Shown here: piece after piece, positions 45,851 to 56,193 of the stretch
Layout: each line of letters opens with the position of its first letter
How positions within the stretch are numbered: position 1 is the stretch's first letter
Assembly: GCA_964643065.1 (NCBI GenBank)
Contig: CAZXPD010000004.1
Location: 5,098-69,097 of the forward strand
From: an uncultured Gammaproteobacteria bacterium
GTDB lineage: Bacteria; Cyanobacteriota; Vampirovibrionia; Gastranaerophilales; CAZEDP01
Direction of reading: 5' to 3'
Length of the DNA: 64,000 bases
The notes under the pieces: model-generated
Database searches by the model: none
Told to the model about the DNA's origin: nothing
The model's input: only the letters and a program-made list of their open reading frames with translations
Translations under genes and position numbers: made by a program

Positions 45851-46474
45851 TTACATAGTATCTAAAAATTTGCTTACTTTTAATTTTGCGTCATGTATTC
45901 CTACGAAAAGGATAATGTCGTCTTTTTCAAACTCAAAATAAGGTCCCGGCGATATTAGCATATTGTCGGCTCTCTGAATTCCGATAATAGTTGCGCCGGT
46001 ATTTTGCCAGAACTGAAGTTCAGACAAAGTATTTCCTATTACATGGCTGGTTTCCGGAATTTTATATTCATAATAGGTTATTTTGTTAACCAGATCCTGA
46101 TGATTTATTTGTTCCAAGAGCAAGTTGAAATTATAAAAAATTTCTTCGTTGTTTTTATCTCTTTGAATCATTAAATCCTGAATTTTGTTTTTGAGATTTG
46201 AAATAGTTTGTTTTGAAGAAAATTTTTCAATAAAATCAAATGCTTTATTTTTTGATTTAATTTCTATCCCGCTTTTGTCAATAACTTTGACAACCCCGGT
46301 ATCAGCAAGCAGAGCAATCGATCTTCTGATTGTTTCCGGCGAAACATTGTATTCTCCGGCTAAAATTGAGCGCCCTTTAATTTTTTGATTCTCATAAAAT
46401 TTATCCTGAGTTATTTTATGGGCAATATCAACAGCTATCCTGACGTATCGGGGAAATTGTTCTTGATTTGGCAA
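45851..46474 (-). CDS. GntR-type HTH regulator with a TrkA-C-like C-terminal domain
   Basis: ILAGEYNVSPETIRRSIALLADTGVVKV is the HTH. The C-terminal LSELQFWQNTGATIIGIQR...GPYFEFEKDDIILFVG resembles TrkA-C. Confidence 0.6.
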   Translation of the reverse strand: MPNQEQFPRYVRIAVDIAHKITQDKFYENQKIKGRSILAGEYNVSPETIRRSIALLADTGVVKVIDKSGIEIKSKNKAFDFIEKFSSKQTISNLKNKIQDLMIQRDKNNEEIFYNFNLLLEQINHQDLVNKITYYEYKIPETSHVIGNTLSELQFWQNTGATIIGIQRADNMLISPGPYFEFEKDDIILFVGIHDAKLKVSKFLDTM

Positions 46475-46676
46475 TCTGAAATAATCCTTTCAAATTTATA
46501 AAATGCTTCTTCCAAATGCAATTATACAACGAATTTTAATGAATTAACGGTAAATCGAATTTCTGAACTTAATAAGATGTATAATATTTGACGAATAAAC
46601 AGTAAGATTAAATTTTCTGAAGTTTGATATTTCCCGTATAATAAATATTGAATAAAAAAATCAATCAGGAAATATA

Positions 46677-47600
46677 ATGTATAAATTCGGTGTCAGACTT
46701 CTCAAAAACAGGCTTCACCCTCTGTCCATACCGGATACAGCACATGTTGAACACGGACAATTGGTTATAGTGAGGACTGAAAAAGGGGAGGAAGTTGTTA
46801 AGGCATTGAGAATTGCCGATGCTGTTTGGGAAAAATGGGGAAAAGATTTGCCTGAACCGGTTCATCTGATAAGAGTTTTATCATCAAAAGAATTCAAAGT
46901 CCTTGAGGAAATTAAGCAAAGAGAGAATGAAGCTTATCAAAAATGCTGTGAACTCATAGAGAAAAACAACCTGCCTATGAGGCTTGTAGATGCCAATTAT
47001 ACCTTTGACAGAAGAAAGCTGACTTTTTATTTTACCGCTCCGCACAGGGTGGACTTCAGGGAACTGCTGAAAGATTTAACCCAAACGTTCAGGAAAGTGC
47101 GTATTGATTTGCGTCATATCGGAGTGAGAGACGAAACCTCGATAATGTCGGGCTTAGGCATGTGCGGAAATGAATTTTGCTGCTGTTCATGGCTTAAACA
47201 ATTTGCTTCAATCAATATCAAGCTTGCCAAAGATCAGGGAATGCCGATAAATCCCGCCAAGGTTTCGGGCGTATGCGGAAGGCTTCTTTGTTGTCTTAAT
47301 TACGAATACTCAACTTATCTGGAAGCGGCAGCCGGTATGCCTCCTGTTGGAAGCGGTGTTATGACGGACGATGGAATCGGCAGAGTTAGTGCTCTTCATT
47401 TTCTTAGCGGAAAAGTTGCGGTCAAGCTTCAAGACGGCAGAATTAAGGATTTTTCCAAAGATGAAATTGAAATGATTGAAGAAGAAGATGTCAGCGGTAT
47501 TGAGATTGATAATCCGCTTAATTATACCGAAGAGGAAGTCAGCTACAGTGAAATTAAACAACTGGAAGATGATGAGCAGAGTTCCACCGGAGATGTCTAA
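46677..47600 (+). CDS. ricT: PSP1/RicT (YaaT) domain protein
   Basis: ANYTFDRRKLTFYFTAPHRVDFRELLKDL...RIDLRHIGVRDE plus a Cys cluster CGNEFCCCSW...CGRLLCCL. Confidence 0.8.
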   Translation: MYKFGVRLLKNRLHPLSIPDTAHVEHGQLVIVRTEKGEEVVKALRIADAVWEKWGKDLPEPVHLIRVLSSKEFKVLEEIKQRENEAYQKCCELIEKNNLPMRLVDANYTFDRRKLTFYFTAPHRVDFRELLKDLTQTFRKVRIDLRHIGVRDETSIMSGLGMCGNEFCCCSWLKQFASINIKLAKDQGMPINPAKVSGVCGRLLCCLNYEYSTYLEAAAGMPPVGSGVMTDDGIGRVSALHFLSGKVAVKLQDGRIKDFSKDEIEMIEEEDVSGIEIDNPLNYTEEEVSYSEIKQLEDDEQSSTGDV

Positions 47601-47633
47601 GGTCTAATTTCAACAAAAAATAAGAAATGAAAA

Positions 47634-48275
47634 ATGTTTACTGGAATAATTGAAGAAATAGGAACGGTTAGAAAGGTTTCGTACGAAAATAACGGAGCCG
47701 TTGTATCTGTTGCATGTTCCGAAATAACAAAGGATATGAAAATCGGCGACAGTATTTGCGTTGAGGGAGTCTGTACAACCGTTGAGACATTTGATTCCGG
47801 AAGTTTCAGTTTTACAGTGTCAGGTGAAACATTGAATTTGACCACGTTCAAAACTCTTAATACAGGCAAAAAGGTTAATCTTGAAAGAGCTTTGAGACCT
47901 ATGGACAGATTGGGCGGGCATATCGTTTCGGGACATGTTGATTCAACTGGAGAATTTATTAATAAAGTTAATCAAGGGAGCTCATGGCTTTATTATTTCA
48001 GAGCGACGAAGGAATTAACAAAATATATCGTTTACAAAGGCTCGATTGCCGTTAACGGAATAAGTCTTACGGTTGCAAGTATTGAAGATGATGTTTTTTC
48101 AGTTGCGCTTATTCCTCACACGCTTGCTTCAACAAGTCTGGGGACGATGATTGAGGGAGATAAAGTCAATCTTGAGTGCGATATTCTTGCGAAATACATT
48201 GAAAAGTTATTCAGCAGAAAATCCTATTTAAACCAGGGCTTAACAGAAGCTTTTCTGGCTGAAAACGGGTTTTAA
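47634..48275 (+). CDS. ribE: Riboflavin synthase alpha chain
   Basis: MFTGIIEEIGTV...SICVEGVCTTV...VNLERAL...RLGGHIVSGHVD and a duplicated barrel segment SIAVNGISLTV. Confidence 0.9.
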   Translation: MFTGIIEEIGTVRKVSYENNGAVVSVACSEITKDMKIGDSICVEGVCTTVETFDSGSFSFTVSGETLNLTTFKTLNTGKKVNLERALRPMDRLGGHIVSGHVDSTGEFINKVNQGSSWLYYFRATKELTKYIVYKGSIAVNGISLTVASIEDDVFSVALIPHTLASTSLGTMIEGDKVNLECDILAKYIEKLFSRKSYLNQGLTEAFLAENGF

Positions 48276-48426
48276 TTTTAAAATTTCAATTTATAAAACC
48301 TGAAATTCTTTGACAACTGCTATATGGCTGTAATGTTTAATTATTGAGCATTTTGGTGTATAATATAGTAGATATCGTCATCAATTGCCTATTTTAGCTG
48401 ACATAGGGCTTAACAGAGAATAAAAA

Positions 48427-48435
48427 TGCTATAAT
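48427..48435 (+). promoter_or_regulatory. Extended -10 element TGcTATAAT upstream of ablA
   Basis: tgctataat lies 21 nt before ATG 48457, with AAGGGGGA as the RBS in between. Confidence 0.3.
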
Positions 48436-48456
48436 GCAGAAATGCAAGGGGGAGTT

Positions 48457-49794
48457 ATGAGTAAACATGATGTAAATCACTATATAAATATCGATAAGCT
48501 AAGCGAAATCTTTAAAACCATAAAAAGGAAGGTTGCTTCAAGCAATTGGAAAGACTGGAAGTGGCAAGTTAAGCATGTCATAAGGGATATTGATACATTC
48601 GAAGCCTTAACGGGCATAAGATTCAGTGATGAAGAAAAACAGGAACTGTTAAAAACGATTGAAAAATTCCCTGTATCAATTACTCCGTATTACTTGTCAT
48701 TAATTGAAACTGAAAATTATCAAAATGATCCTATATTTAAACAGGCTTTTCCTAATCCCAAAGAATTAATAATCAGCAAATCAGATATGCTTGATCCTTT
48801 GGCGGAAGACAAAGACAGTCCGGTAAAAGGAATTACTCACAGATATCCCGACAGAGTACTTTTTCATATAAGCAACAAGTGCGCTATGTATTGCAGGCAT
48901 TGCACAAGAAAAAGAAAAGTCGGAGATATTGACTTCATCCCTAAAAAGGAAGATATCTCAGAAGGGATTAATTATATAAAAGAAAATCCTGTCGTAAGAG
49001 ATGTTCTTTTATCGGGCGGTGATCCTTTTATGCTTTCGGATGAATATATTGAATGGATATTAAATAAACTGAAAGAAATAAAACATCTTGAAATTATCAG
49101 AATAGGGACAAGAACACCTGTTGTGCTGCCTTATCGTATTACTGACAAACTGGTTTCAATTTTAAAAAAATACCATCCGATATGGATAAACACTCACTTC
49201 AACCATCCCAGAGAAATCACAAGGGACTCAATTGAGGCTCTCAGGAAACTGGCTGACGCAGGAATTCCGCTCGGCAACCAATCCGTATTGCTTGCAGGAG
49301 TTAATGACTGCACACATATTATGAAAAAACTAGTCAGAAAATTGTTGCAAAATCGGGTCAGACCTTATTATTTATACCAATGTGATTTGACCGTAGGATT
49401 GTCTCATTTCAGAACCCCAATCGGTAAAGGAATTGAAATTATGGAAGGACTTAGGGGGCATACCAGCGGTTTGGCAATACCGACGTATGTTATTGACGCG
49501 CCGGGGGGAGGAGGCAAAATTCCGGTCATGCCTAATTATCTTGTTTCCTGGTCTGCAAATAAAGTAATTTTACGGAATTTTGAAGGAGTTATTACTACTT
49601 ATGACGAACCGGCTGAGTATGAACATAATTACTGTGACTTAGCCTGTGACAACTGCAATCTTTATTTAAAAATGGAAGACCCTGAAAAAGTTAATCCTGT
49701 CGGAATTAAAAAACTGCTTTCTCATGCGGATGATGCAATTTCATTGATTCCTAATGATGTTGAAAGAATAGAAAGAAGAAAAATTGAGCGATAA
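48457..49794 (+). CDS. ablA: Lysine 2,3-aminomutase (radical SAM, KamA family)
   Basis: [12 protein letters not shown] (CxxxCxxC), LSGGDP and [13 protein letters not shown] prefer the second ATG (48457) because of the RBS. Confidence 0.85.
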   Translation: MSKHDVNHYINIDKLSEIFKTIKRKVASSNWKDWKWQVKHVIRDIDTFEALTGIRFSDEEKQELLKTIEKFPVSITPYYLSLIETENYQNDPIFKQAFPNPKELIISKSDMLDPLAEDKDSPVKGITHRYPDRVLFHISNKCAMYCRHCTRKRKVGDIDFIPKKEDISEGINYIKENPVVRDVLLSGGDPFMLSDEYIEWILNKLKEIKHLEIIRIGTRTPVVLPYRITDKLVSILKKYHPIWINTHFNHPREITRDSIEALRKLADAGIPLGNQSVLLAGVNDCTHIMKKLVRKLLQNRVRPYYLYQCDLTVGLSHFRTPIGKGIEIMEGLRGHTSGLAIPTYVIDAPGGGGKIPVMPNYLVSWSANKVILRNFEGVITTYDEPAEYEHNYCDLACDNCNLYLKMEDPEKVNPVGIKKLLSHADDAISLIPNDVERIERRKIER

Positions 49795-50617
49795 GGTTAT
49801 TAAAATTGGAGAATCAATAATTCAGCACGGTAAGGAAAACGACCGAGTTTATCTGATGAAACTGCATGAAAAAGACCTTAACGATGTTTTATTGATTATA
49901 GACACTCTTGTGAAGGATAACGGATACGCAAAAATTTTCGCAAAAGTGCCTTCGGATTTCAAACAAAAATTTAAGGATTGCGGTTATCTTATTGAAGCTG
50001 TTGTACCGGAGTTTTATAACGGCAAAAAGGATGCTTTATTTCTCGCAAAATATTTTTCGCAAGAGAGAAAAACTATTAATGATGAAAAAAAAATAAATGA
50101 TGTTTTACAAACGGCATTACAAAAATCCGCAAAGGATTTAAACATAAAATTTAAAGAAGAATTCGTCTTCAAAAAATGCCGTTCCGAAGATTCTGAACAA
50201 ATGGCGCAAATTTACTCGAAAGTATTTGAAAGTTATCCGTTTCCTATTGATAACCCGGATTATTTGGCAGATATGATGTCTAATAATGTTGATTATTATG
50301 CCGTTTGCCATGAAGGCAGCATAATATCCATCGCTTCCTCTGAAATGGACTTAGAGGGCAAAAACACGGAAATGACTGACTTCGCAACATTGCCTGAATA
50401 CAGAGGCAGCAATATGTCAGCTTACATCCTTTCAAAAATGGAAACCGACGCCGCAAAGAATGGGATTAAAACTGCTTATACAATAGCAAGGTCTCTTTCG
50501 TACGGTATTAATATATGTTTTGCAAAAATGGGGTACACCTTCAGCGGAACGTTAAAAAATAATACCTGCATTTGCGGAAGCATAGAGAGCATGAATGTCT
50601 GGTACAAAGCAATCTGA
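49784..50617 (+). CDS. ablB: GNAT acetyltransferase, beta-lysine N6-acetyltransferase-like
   Basis: TTG start overlapping the ablA stop. N-terminal [15 protein letters not shown] and a C-terminal GNAT core [16 protein letters not shown]. The pairing with ablA supports the call. Confidence 0.6.
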   Translation: MSDKVIKIGESIIQHGKENDRVYLMKLHEKDLNDVLLIIDTLVKDNGYAKIFAKVPSDFKQKFKDCGYLIEAVVPEFYNGKKDALFLAKYFSQERKTINDEKKINDVLQTALQKSAKDLNIKFKEEFVFKKCRSEDSEQMAQIYSKVFESYPFPIDNPDYLADMMSNNVDYYAVCHEGSIISIASSEMDLEGKNTEMTDFATLPEYRGSNMSAYILSKMETDAAKNGIKTAYTIARSLSYGINICFAKMGYTFSGTLKNNTCICGSIESMNVWYKAI

Positions 50618-50855
50618 ATAAATTCCCGTACCATAATGTAAATTTTTATAAACATGATTAATATTAAGTATCAAATTTCAATTTGTTCAGGTTTTAAACA
50701 AATAACAGGACTTACGCAGCCAAGTCAAAATCATTTTGAATATTGATTTTACCAAGTCGATACAATCTTAAAAATTCTCTATGAGCCATTTCTATCCCCA
50801 ACTTAGGAAATTTGAAATAACTAAAATAAATTTAATAAATTAGAAAGGACTAAAA

Positions 50856-51710
50856 ATGAATATTGGAGCAATTTATTTCAATCAGCTGGTATCACAGAAG
50901 TTTATTGGCAGTAAAAAAAATTCATCACCTCAAACCTGTATTAATTCACAGAATGATATTTTCCAAAGAAATAATATATATTTTACAGGAAGTTTGCTTT
51001 CTTCTGAAACTTTGAGCTTATTCCCAGAAGTAATCAGTAAATGTAAACCATTATGTAGTAGTCTCTTTGAGGATAGAATTTATATAAAAGAGCTTGAAGC
51101 TACAACGCCGGGAATATCAATGGATGCTGAATTCATTGAAAATATGCAAGCAAGAAAGAAACTTGCACTCGAAGTTATGTCACCCGCTTTAGATCAATTA
51201 AAAAAATTAATAAATCTTGATGTATTCACGAATTACACAAATAAATTTTTACTTTCTGAAATTGATAAAAAATTAGTAAATGAAGCAAGAAAAGCAGGAA
51301 AACTTACAGAATTGGATAGAGAATCTAAAGCATTGGTTGTTGATGAACAATCATGCGCTATATGGAATGCCATGACTCGTTTATATGAACCAAGCGTAGA
51401 AGGCAATATATTTGTTGAGATTATGGATAAAAAAGCCAAAGACTTAGCTAAAAAACTATTTGGTGATACATATAAAGAAATCAAAGTTATAAATGAATTG
51501 TCAGAATTAAGAGATAAAGGGGATTCTGAAAAAACGCTGAGAAATTTTTTACATCAGGGATTAAGAGTATTCGGTAAAAAACCTGATAGTGAAGAATTTG
51601 TTCCTTTGTTCCGTCTTTTACGAAATAAAAAATTCGAAATATTAAACCTCGGATATCTTAAGGATCTGACAGAACCGGATAGAGAAGTCTTACAGATTTT
51701 AGGTATTTAA
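50856..51710 (+). CDS. Hypothetical protein
   Basis: 284-aa ORF with AAAGGA upstream. Confidence 0.5.
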   Translation: MNIGAIYFNQLVSQKFIGSKKNSSPQTCINSQNDIFQRNNIYFTGSLLSSETLSLFPEVISKCKPLCSSLFEDRIYIKELEATTPGISMDAEFIENMQARKKLALEVMSPALDQLKKLINLDVFTNYTNKFLLSEIDKKLVNEARKAGKLTELDRESKALVVDEQSCAIWNAMTRLYEPSVEGNIFVEIMDKKAKDLAKKLFGDTYKEIKVINELSELRDKGDSEKTLRNFLHQGLRVFGKKPDSEEFVPLFRLLRNKKFEILNLGYLKDLTEPDREVLQILGI

Positions 51711-51778
51711 TTCTTGAAAACTTGCTTTGTCAATCTGATAATGATTAAATCAAATCAAAAAAATGAAGTGATTATAAA

Positions 51779-53002
51779 ATGACAGAGCAAAAAATAGCTT
51801 TTAATACCGTTGAAGAAGCAATTGAAGATATAAAGCAAGGCAAAATGATTATTATTGCCGATGACGAGAGCCGTGAAAACGAAGGCGACCTTACCTGCGC
51901 GGCGGACAAAATAACCCCCGAAATCATTAATTTTATGGCAACGGAGGGAAGAGGTTTAATCTGCCTGGCATTAACAGCGGAAAAAGCAAAAGAACTCGAA
52001 CTTAATCAAATGGTGAATAATAACACGGAGTCTCTGCGTACGGCTTTTACGGTCAGTATAGACGCTGAAGAAAAATTCGGCGTCACAACCGGAATATCTG
52101 CGAGCGACAGAGCCGTTACAATCCAAACAGCGGTAAATCCAAATGCTGTACCTTCTGATTTAAGGCGCCCGGGGCATATTTTTCCGCTGGAGGCTAAAGC
52201 AGGCGGCGTGCTTGAGAGAGTCGGACAAACAGAAGCTTCTGTTGATATTACAAAACTTGCAGGCTTAACTCCTGCGGGCGTTATTTGCGAGATTTTGAAT
52301 CCCGACGGAACTATGGCAAGAAGGAACGATTTGTTCAAGTTTGCTAAAAAGCACAATCTCAAATTTATTACCGTTTCTCAAATTATTGCATACAGGCTCA
52401 AGACAGAGAGATTTGTCAAAAGAGTTATCAAGGCTAAACTTCCGACGGAGTTCGGGGACTTCGACATTTACGGATACCTTAACGAACTTGATAAAATCGA
52501 ACATGTCGCACTTGTAAAAGGCAATCCGCAAGACTTTGCCAAAACCAACCCAATGGTCAGAATGCACAGCGAATGCCTTACGGGAGATATTTTTCACAGC
52601 CTCAGGTGTGACTGCGGAAACCAGCTTGCATCTGCACTGGAGCTTATAGAAAAAGAAGGTGCGGGAGCCCTTGTATATATAAGATCTCACGAAGGCAGAG
52701 GCATAGGGCTGTTAAATAAATTAAAAGCGTATTCGCTTCAGGAAAAAGGTCAGGACACGGTTGAAGCCAATATTTCTCTGGGATTTAAGCCGGATTTAAG
52801 GGATTACGGTGTCGGAGCTCAGATTTTGCTTGATTTGGGACTGAAAAAATTCAGATTGATAACAAACAACCCTCGAAAAATTATCGGGCTTGAAGGCTAC
52901 GGTTTAGAGATAACCGACAGGGTTTCACTGCCTGTTTACTGCAACAAATACAACGAAAAATATCTCAAAACCAAACGAGATAAAATGGAACATTTGCTGT
53001 AA
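51779..53002 (+). CDS. ribBA: Bifunctional DHBP synthase / GTP cyclohydrolase II
   Basis: [27 protein letters not shown] and CDCG. Confidence 0.9.
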   Translation: MTEQKIAFNTVEEAIEDIKQGKMIIIADDESRENEGDLTCAADKITPEIINFMATEGRGLICLALTAEKAKELELNQMVNNNTESLRTAFTVSIDAEEKFGVTTGISASDRAVTIQTAVNPNAVPSDLRRPGHIFPLEAKAGGVLERVGQTEASVDITKLAGLTPAGVICEILNPDGTMARRNDLFKFAKKHNLKFITVSQIIAYRLKTERFVKRVIKAKLPTEFGDFDIYGYLNELDKIEHVALVKGNPQDFAKTNPMVRMHSECLTGDIFHSLRCDCGNQLASALELIEKEGAGALVYIRSHEGRGIGLLNKLKAYSLQEKGQDTVEANISLGFKPDLRDYGVGAQILLDLGLKKFRLITNNPRKIIGLEGYGLEITDRVSLPVYCNKYNEKYLKTKRDKMEHLL

Positions 53003-53213
53003 GCCAATTTAAATTTTCAGCGTCAGTGTATCATTTCAGCTAAGACATATTAAAAAAACTTAACATTTGAAAAATCCAGTGATAATTGAATTTCCAGATG
53101 AATATATTTGCGTAAAAAAATTATTCATTATCTCAAAGTCAATTACTTTCCTCTTTTTGTTTTTTTATATATATAACTGAAAGGTTAGATTTTTTACCAA
53201 AGGAGGAGAGAAC

Positions 53214-53489
53214 GTGGTATTTAGAATTAATCAAAGCAATACAGCATTTCAATTTAACAAACCGGGTACTGCAAGCGGCAGTATCTATCAGCAAAACTTC
53301 TTTAATCAGGGATCAATTTTTACACAAGGCGGATTTGGGGATTTCTTTTCACGCGGATGCAGAAATGAAAGACATGGAGGAGGAGTTGGTAGAACTCCTA
53401 AACCGGTAAAACCTCCTGTTCCGCCGCCGTCCGGTGACCCCTCGACACCGCCGCCCCCGCCACCCCCGCCGCCCCCGCCGTCAGCATAA
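53214..53489 (+). CDS. Small Gly/Pro-rich protein ending in a polyproline run
   Basis: GTG start 5 nt after AAAGGAGGAGAGAAC, with a terminator 24 nt after the stop. The C-terminus is PKPVKPPVPPPSGDPSTPPPPPPPPPPPSA, encoded by a GC-rich tract in an AT-rich genome. Confidence 0.45.
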   Translation: MVFRINQSNTAFQFNKPGTASGSIYQQNFFNQGSIFTQGGFGDFFSRGCRNERHGGGVGRTPKPVKPPVPPPSGDPSTPPPPPPPPPPPSA

Positions 53490-53512
53490 TATTTTAAAGG
53501 TTTTATAATAAG

Positions 53513-53545
53513 CAGACAGCTAAGCAAACACAGCTGTCTGTTTTT
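53513..53545 (+). terminator. Rho-independent terminator
   Basis: 9-bp stem (cagacagct with agctgtctg), a 10-nt loop and then TTTTT. Confidence 0.7.
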
Positions 53546-53645
53546 AAATGAAAATATTCAGACCATTCTTTAAGTTTATTATGATTTGTTGTAAAGTAAT
53601 AGCGGTTAGTTAGTTTAACCTGCACGATAATTGAGTTTGCAGAAT

Positions 53646-54737
53646 ATGAAAACCGTTTCGCAAAAACTTAATTTAAACACAATAATCCACGGCGATTGCA
53701 TAGAAGAAATGCAAAAGCTCCCCGAAGGCTTTGCCAAGGTTATTTTTGCTGACCCTCCTTATAATATGCAGTTAAACGGAGAGCTTTACCGCCCGAATCA
53801 GACACGAGTCGACGGAGTTGACGATGATTGGGACAAATTCGGTTCTTTCAGTGATTATGACGATTTTACAAGACAATGGCTTGCACAGTGCAAGAGATTA
53901 TTAAGCGATGACGGAACTATCTGGGTTATCGGCTCTTATCATAACATTTTCCGCGTAGGGAAAATTATGCAGGACTTAGGTTTTTGGATATTAAACGATA
54001 TTATTTGGGTTAAAACAAACCCCATGCCGAACTTTAACGGCGTGAGATTTACAAACGCTCACGAGACTTTGATATGGGCTAAAAAATCTGAGAAACAGAA
54101 GAAATATACATTTAATTATCAAACAATGAAAAACCTCAATGACGAAAAACAAATGCGAAGCGACTGGGAAATTCCCATCTGTTCCGGTAATGAACGATGC
54201 AGAGAAAACGGAAGCAAAGCGCATTCAACTCAAAAGCCGGAAGGGCTTCTCAGACGGGTAATATTATCTTCTTCAAATCCGGGTGATATTGTTTTTGATC
54301 CGTTCTTTGGTTCCGGTACAACCGGAGCAGTTGCAAAGAAACTCAAACGAAACTGGCTGGGCATTGAAAAAGAGCAAAAATACACAGATATTGCCGCTGA
54401 AAGGATATATTCAGTTTCAGAATGTCAATTATCCGAAGAAGAACTTACAACTCCTACCAGAAGAGAGCTTCCTCGAGTCAGCGTGGCAAAGCTGATAGAA
54501 GTTGGTTTGCTTCAAGAAGGAGAGATATTTTGTTCCGAAGATAAAAAATATTCAGCGGTATTATGTGCTGACAGCTTTTTAAAATCCGACAAATTAAGAG
54601 GCTCAATTCACAAGCTGGGCGCGCAGCTGCAAAACAAACCGTCCTGCAACGGCTGGGATTTTTGGTTTATTAAACAAAACAATGCTCTTGTATCTATCAA
54701 TCTATTGAGAGATAAATATAGAGAAGAATATTTATAG
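53646..54737 (+). CDS. ccrM: CcrM-like beta-class N6-adenine DNA methyltransferase (orphan; GANTC specificity expected by homology)
   Basis: TIIHGDCIEEM, IFADPPYN, IWVIGSYHNIFRVG, LGFWILNDIIW.K.NPMPNF, HETLIWA, QMRSDW.IP.C, KAHSTQKPE.LL.RVIL, DPFFGSGTTGA. This is near-colinear with Caulobacter CcrM as I remember it. No restriction partner was seen. Confidence 0.85.
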   Translation: MKTVSQKLNLNTIIHGDCIEEMQKLPEGFAKVIFADPPYNMQLNGELYRPNQTRVDGVDDDWDKFGSFSDYDDFTRQWLAQCKRLLSDDGTIWVIGSYHNIFRVGKIMQDLGFWILNDIIWVKTNPMPNFNGVRFTNAHETLIWAKKSEKQKKYTFNYQTMKNLNDEKQMRSDWEIPICSGNERCRENGSKAHSTQKPEGLLRRVILSSSNPGDIVFDPFFGSGTTGAVAKKLKRNWLGIEKEQKYTDIAAERIYSVSECQLSEEELTTPTRRELPRVSVAKLIEVGLLQEGEIFCSEDKKYSAVLCADSFLKSDKLRGSIHKLGAQLQNKPSCNGWDFWFIKQNNALVSINLLRDKYREEYL

Positions 54738-54758
54738 AATAATAATCGGAGAAAAGAT

Positions 54759-55256
54759 ATGGTTAACGTTTACGAAGGCAAGATGACGGCGGGAAAAGAA
54801 AAGTATGCCGTTATAGTGGGAAGATTCAATGAATTTATCGGCTCAAAGCTTCTAAGCGGCTGTGTTGATGCTCTTTATCGGCATGGCGTTGCAGAAGAAG
54901 CAATAGATGTGGCATGGGTTCCGGGCGCATTTGAAATCCCCGTTACCGCAAAGAAACTTGTTGAAACAAACAAATATGCCGCTGTTATATGTCTTGGCGC
55001 GGTTATCAGAGGAAGCACTCCGCATTTTCAATATATTGCCGCAGAGCTTTCAAAAGGCATAGCTCAAATAAGTTTAAACTCTAATATCCCTGTTATATTC
55101 GGCGTTTTGACAACCGAAACAATCGAACAAGCGATAGAACGCGCAGGAACAAAAGCAGGCAATAAAGGCGCAGAAGCTGCTAAAAGCGCAATTGAAATGG
55201 TTAATCTTTTTAATACAATTAAAACAGGCGAAACAAGAAAGGCTTCTTTGTTATAA
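54759..55256 (+). CDS. ribH: 6,7-dimethyl-8-ribityllumazine synthase
   Basis: [11 protein letters not shown]...VPGAFEIP...[14 protein letters not shown]...[15 protein letters not shown]. Confidence 0.9.
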   Translation: MVNVYEGKMTAGKEKYAVIVGRFNEFIGSKLLSGCVDALYRHGVAEEAIDVAWVPGAFEIPVTAKKLVETNKYAAVICLGAVIRGSTPHFQYIAAELSKGIAQISLNSNIPVIFGVLTTETIEQAIERAGTKAGNKGAEAAKSAIEMVNLFNTIKTGETRKASLL

Positions 55257-55284
55257 ACATTAATAACGACAAGGAGAAGTTTGT

Positions 55285-56193
55285 ATGGGTTTAGAAATTA
55301 AAAGAGCTGTTAAGTTTATTTTTGAGGACAAAAACTGGCTCCAAAAAATCCTTTTAGGCGGAGTATTTTACTTTGTGGCATCTTTTTTGCATATGTTCGA
55401 CGGATTTTCATTAGGATTCCTGACGCCGGTATGCACAAGATTACATTTACCGATTTTTACATTTCCTGTGGTTCTAAACGGAATGTTTAGCCTGTTAGCT
55501 TTTAGCCTGTTTATGTTGGTAGTTTTTATTCTTCTTTATTCAATTCCGAAAGGTTATATTATTCAATCCATGCATAATGAGATAAACTCAAAAGAACCGC
55601 TTTTGCCGGAATGGGACTCTTTACTGGGACGGTATTTTAATTTAGGTATAAACTTTTTTATAATTGATTTAATTTATTTGGCTATCATTGCGGTAATTTC
55701 AGCAATACCGTTTATTGCGGGATATACTGTCTATACTCTATATCCCGAAAATCCGATGGTCGGGAGTTTGGGAATATTTTCGGCAATATTTTTCTGTCTT
55801 CCTTTCTTTTTCATTTATGCATTAATTTTGCCGTTCATAGTATGCTCTTACGCCGAAGGATTAAATATAAAGGATGCTTTTAAACTCGACAGGATATTCG
55901 CTCTTGTTTTCAACGTGCTCCCCGAATACCTTTTAACATTGGTTTTAACATTTTGTCTTGTTATTGTCTGGTTTTTACTTTCGACGGCAATGGTTTGCAC
56001 TTGTTTAGGAATTGTCCTCTTACCGTTTTTAATTCTTCCGATGGCTTTAATTGCAATGAATTTATTTGCGCAAACTTACAAATTAGCATTGCAAAACAAA
56101 CCTGAAGTTTCAGAAGAGGAATCGCAACAGGAGCAAGCCGAGCCTCGACGAACCGAACCGGAAACTTCCGAAGAAAAAACAGAAGAAAACTAA
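55285..56193 (+). CDS. Multi-pass membrane protein (DUF4013-like N-terminus)
   Basis: FIFEDKNWLQKILLGGV followed by about 7 TM segments and an acidic tail. Confidence 0.45.
   Translation: MGLEIKRAVKFIFEDKNWLQKILLGGVFYFVASFLHMFDGFSLGFLTPVCTRLHLPIFTFPVVLNGMFSLLAFSLFMLVVFILLYSIPKGYIIQSMHNEINSKEPLLPEWDSLLGRYFNLGINFFIIDLIYLAIIAVISAIPFIAGYTVYTLYPENPMVGSLGIFSAIFFCLPFFFIYALILPFIVCSYAEGLNIKDAFKLDRIFALVFNVLPEYLLTLVLTFCLVIVWFLLSTAMVCTCLGIVLLPFLILPMALIAMNLFAQTYKLALQNKPEVSEEESQQEQAEPRRTEPETSEEKTEEN

Noticed and set aside
47601-51778. An FMN riboswitch upstream of ribE or ribBA (and ribH at 54738..54758)
   Set aside because: The leaders are only 20-70 nt long and show none of the conserved RFN core that I can recall. 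A covariance-model scan is still needed to be sure.
53306-53527. Poly-glycine ORF on the minus strand
   Set aside because: It is the mirror of the poly-Pro tract. The plus-strand ORF has a strong SD and a terminator while this one has neither. Coding on either strand remains unproven.
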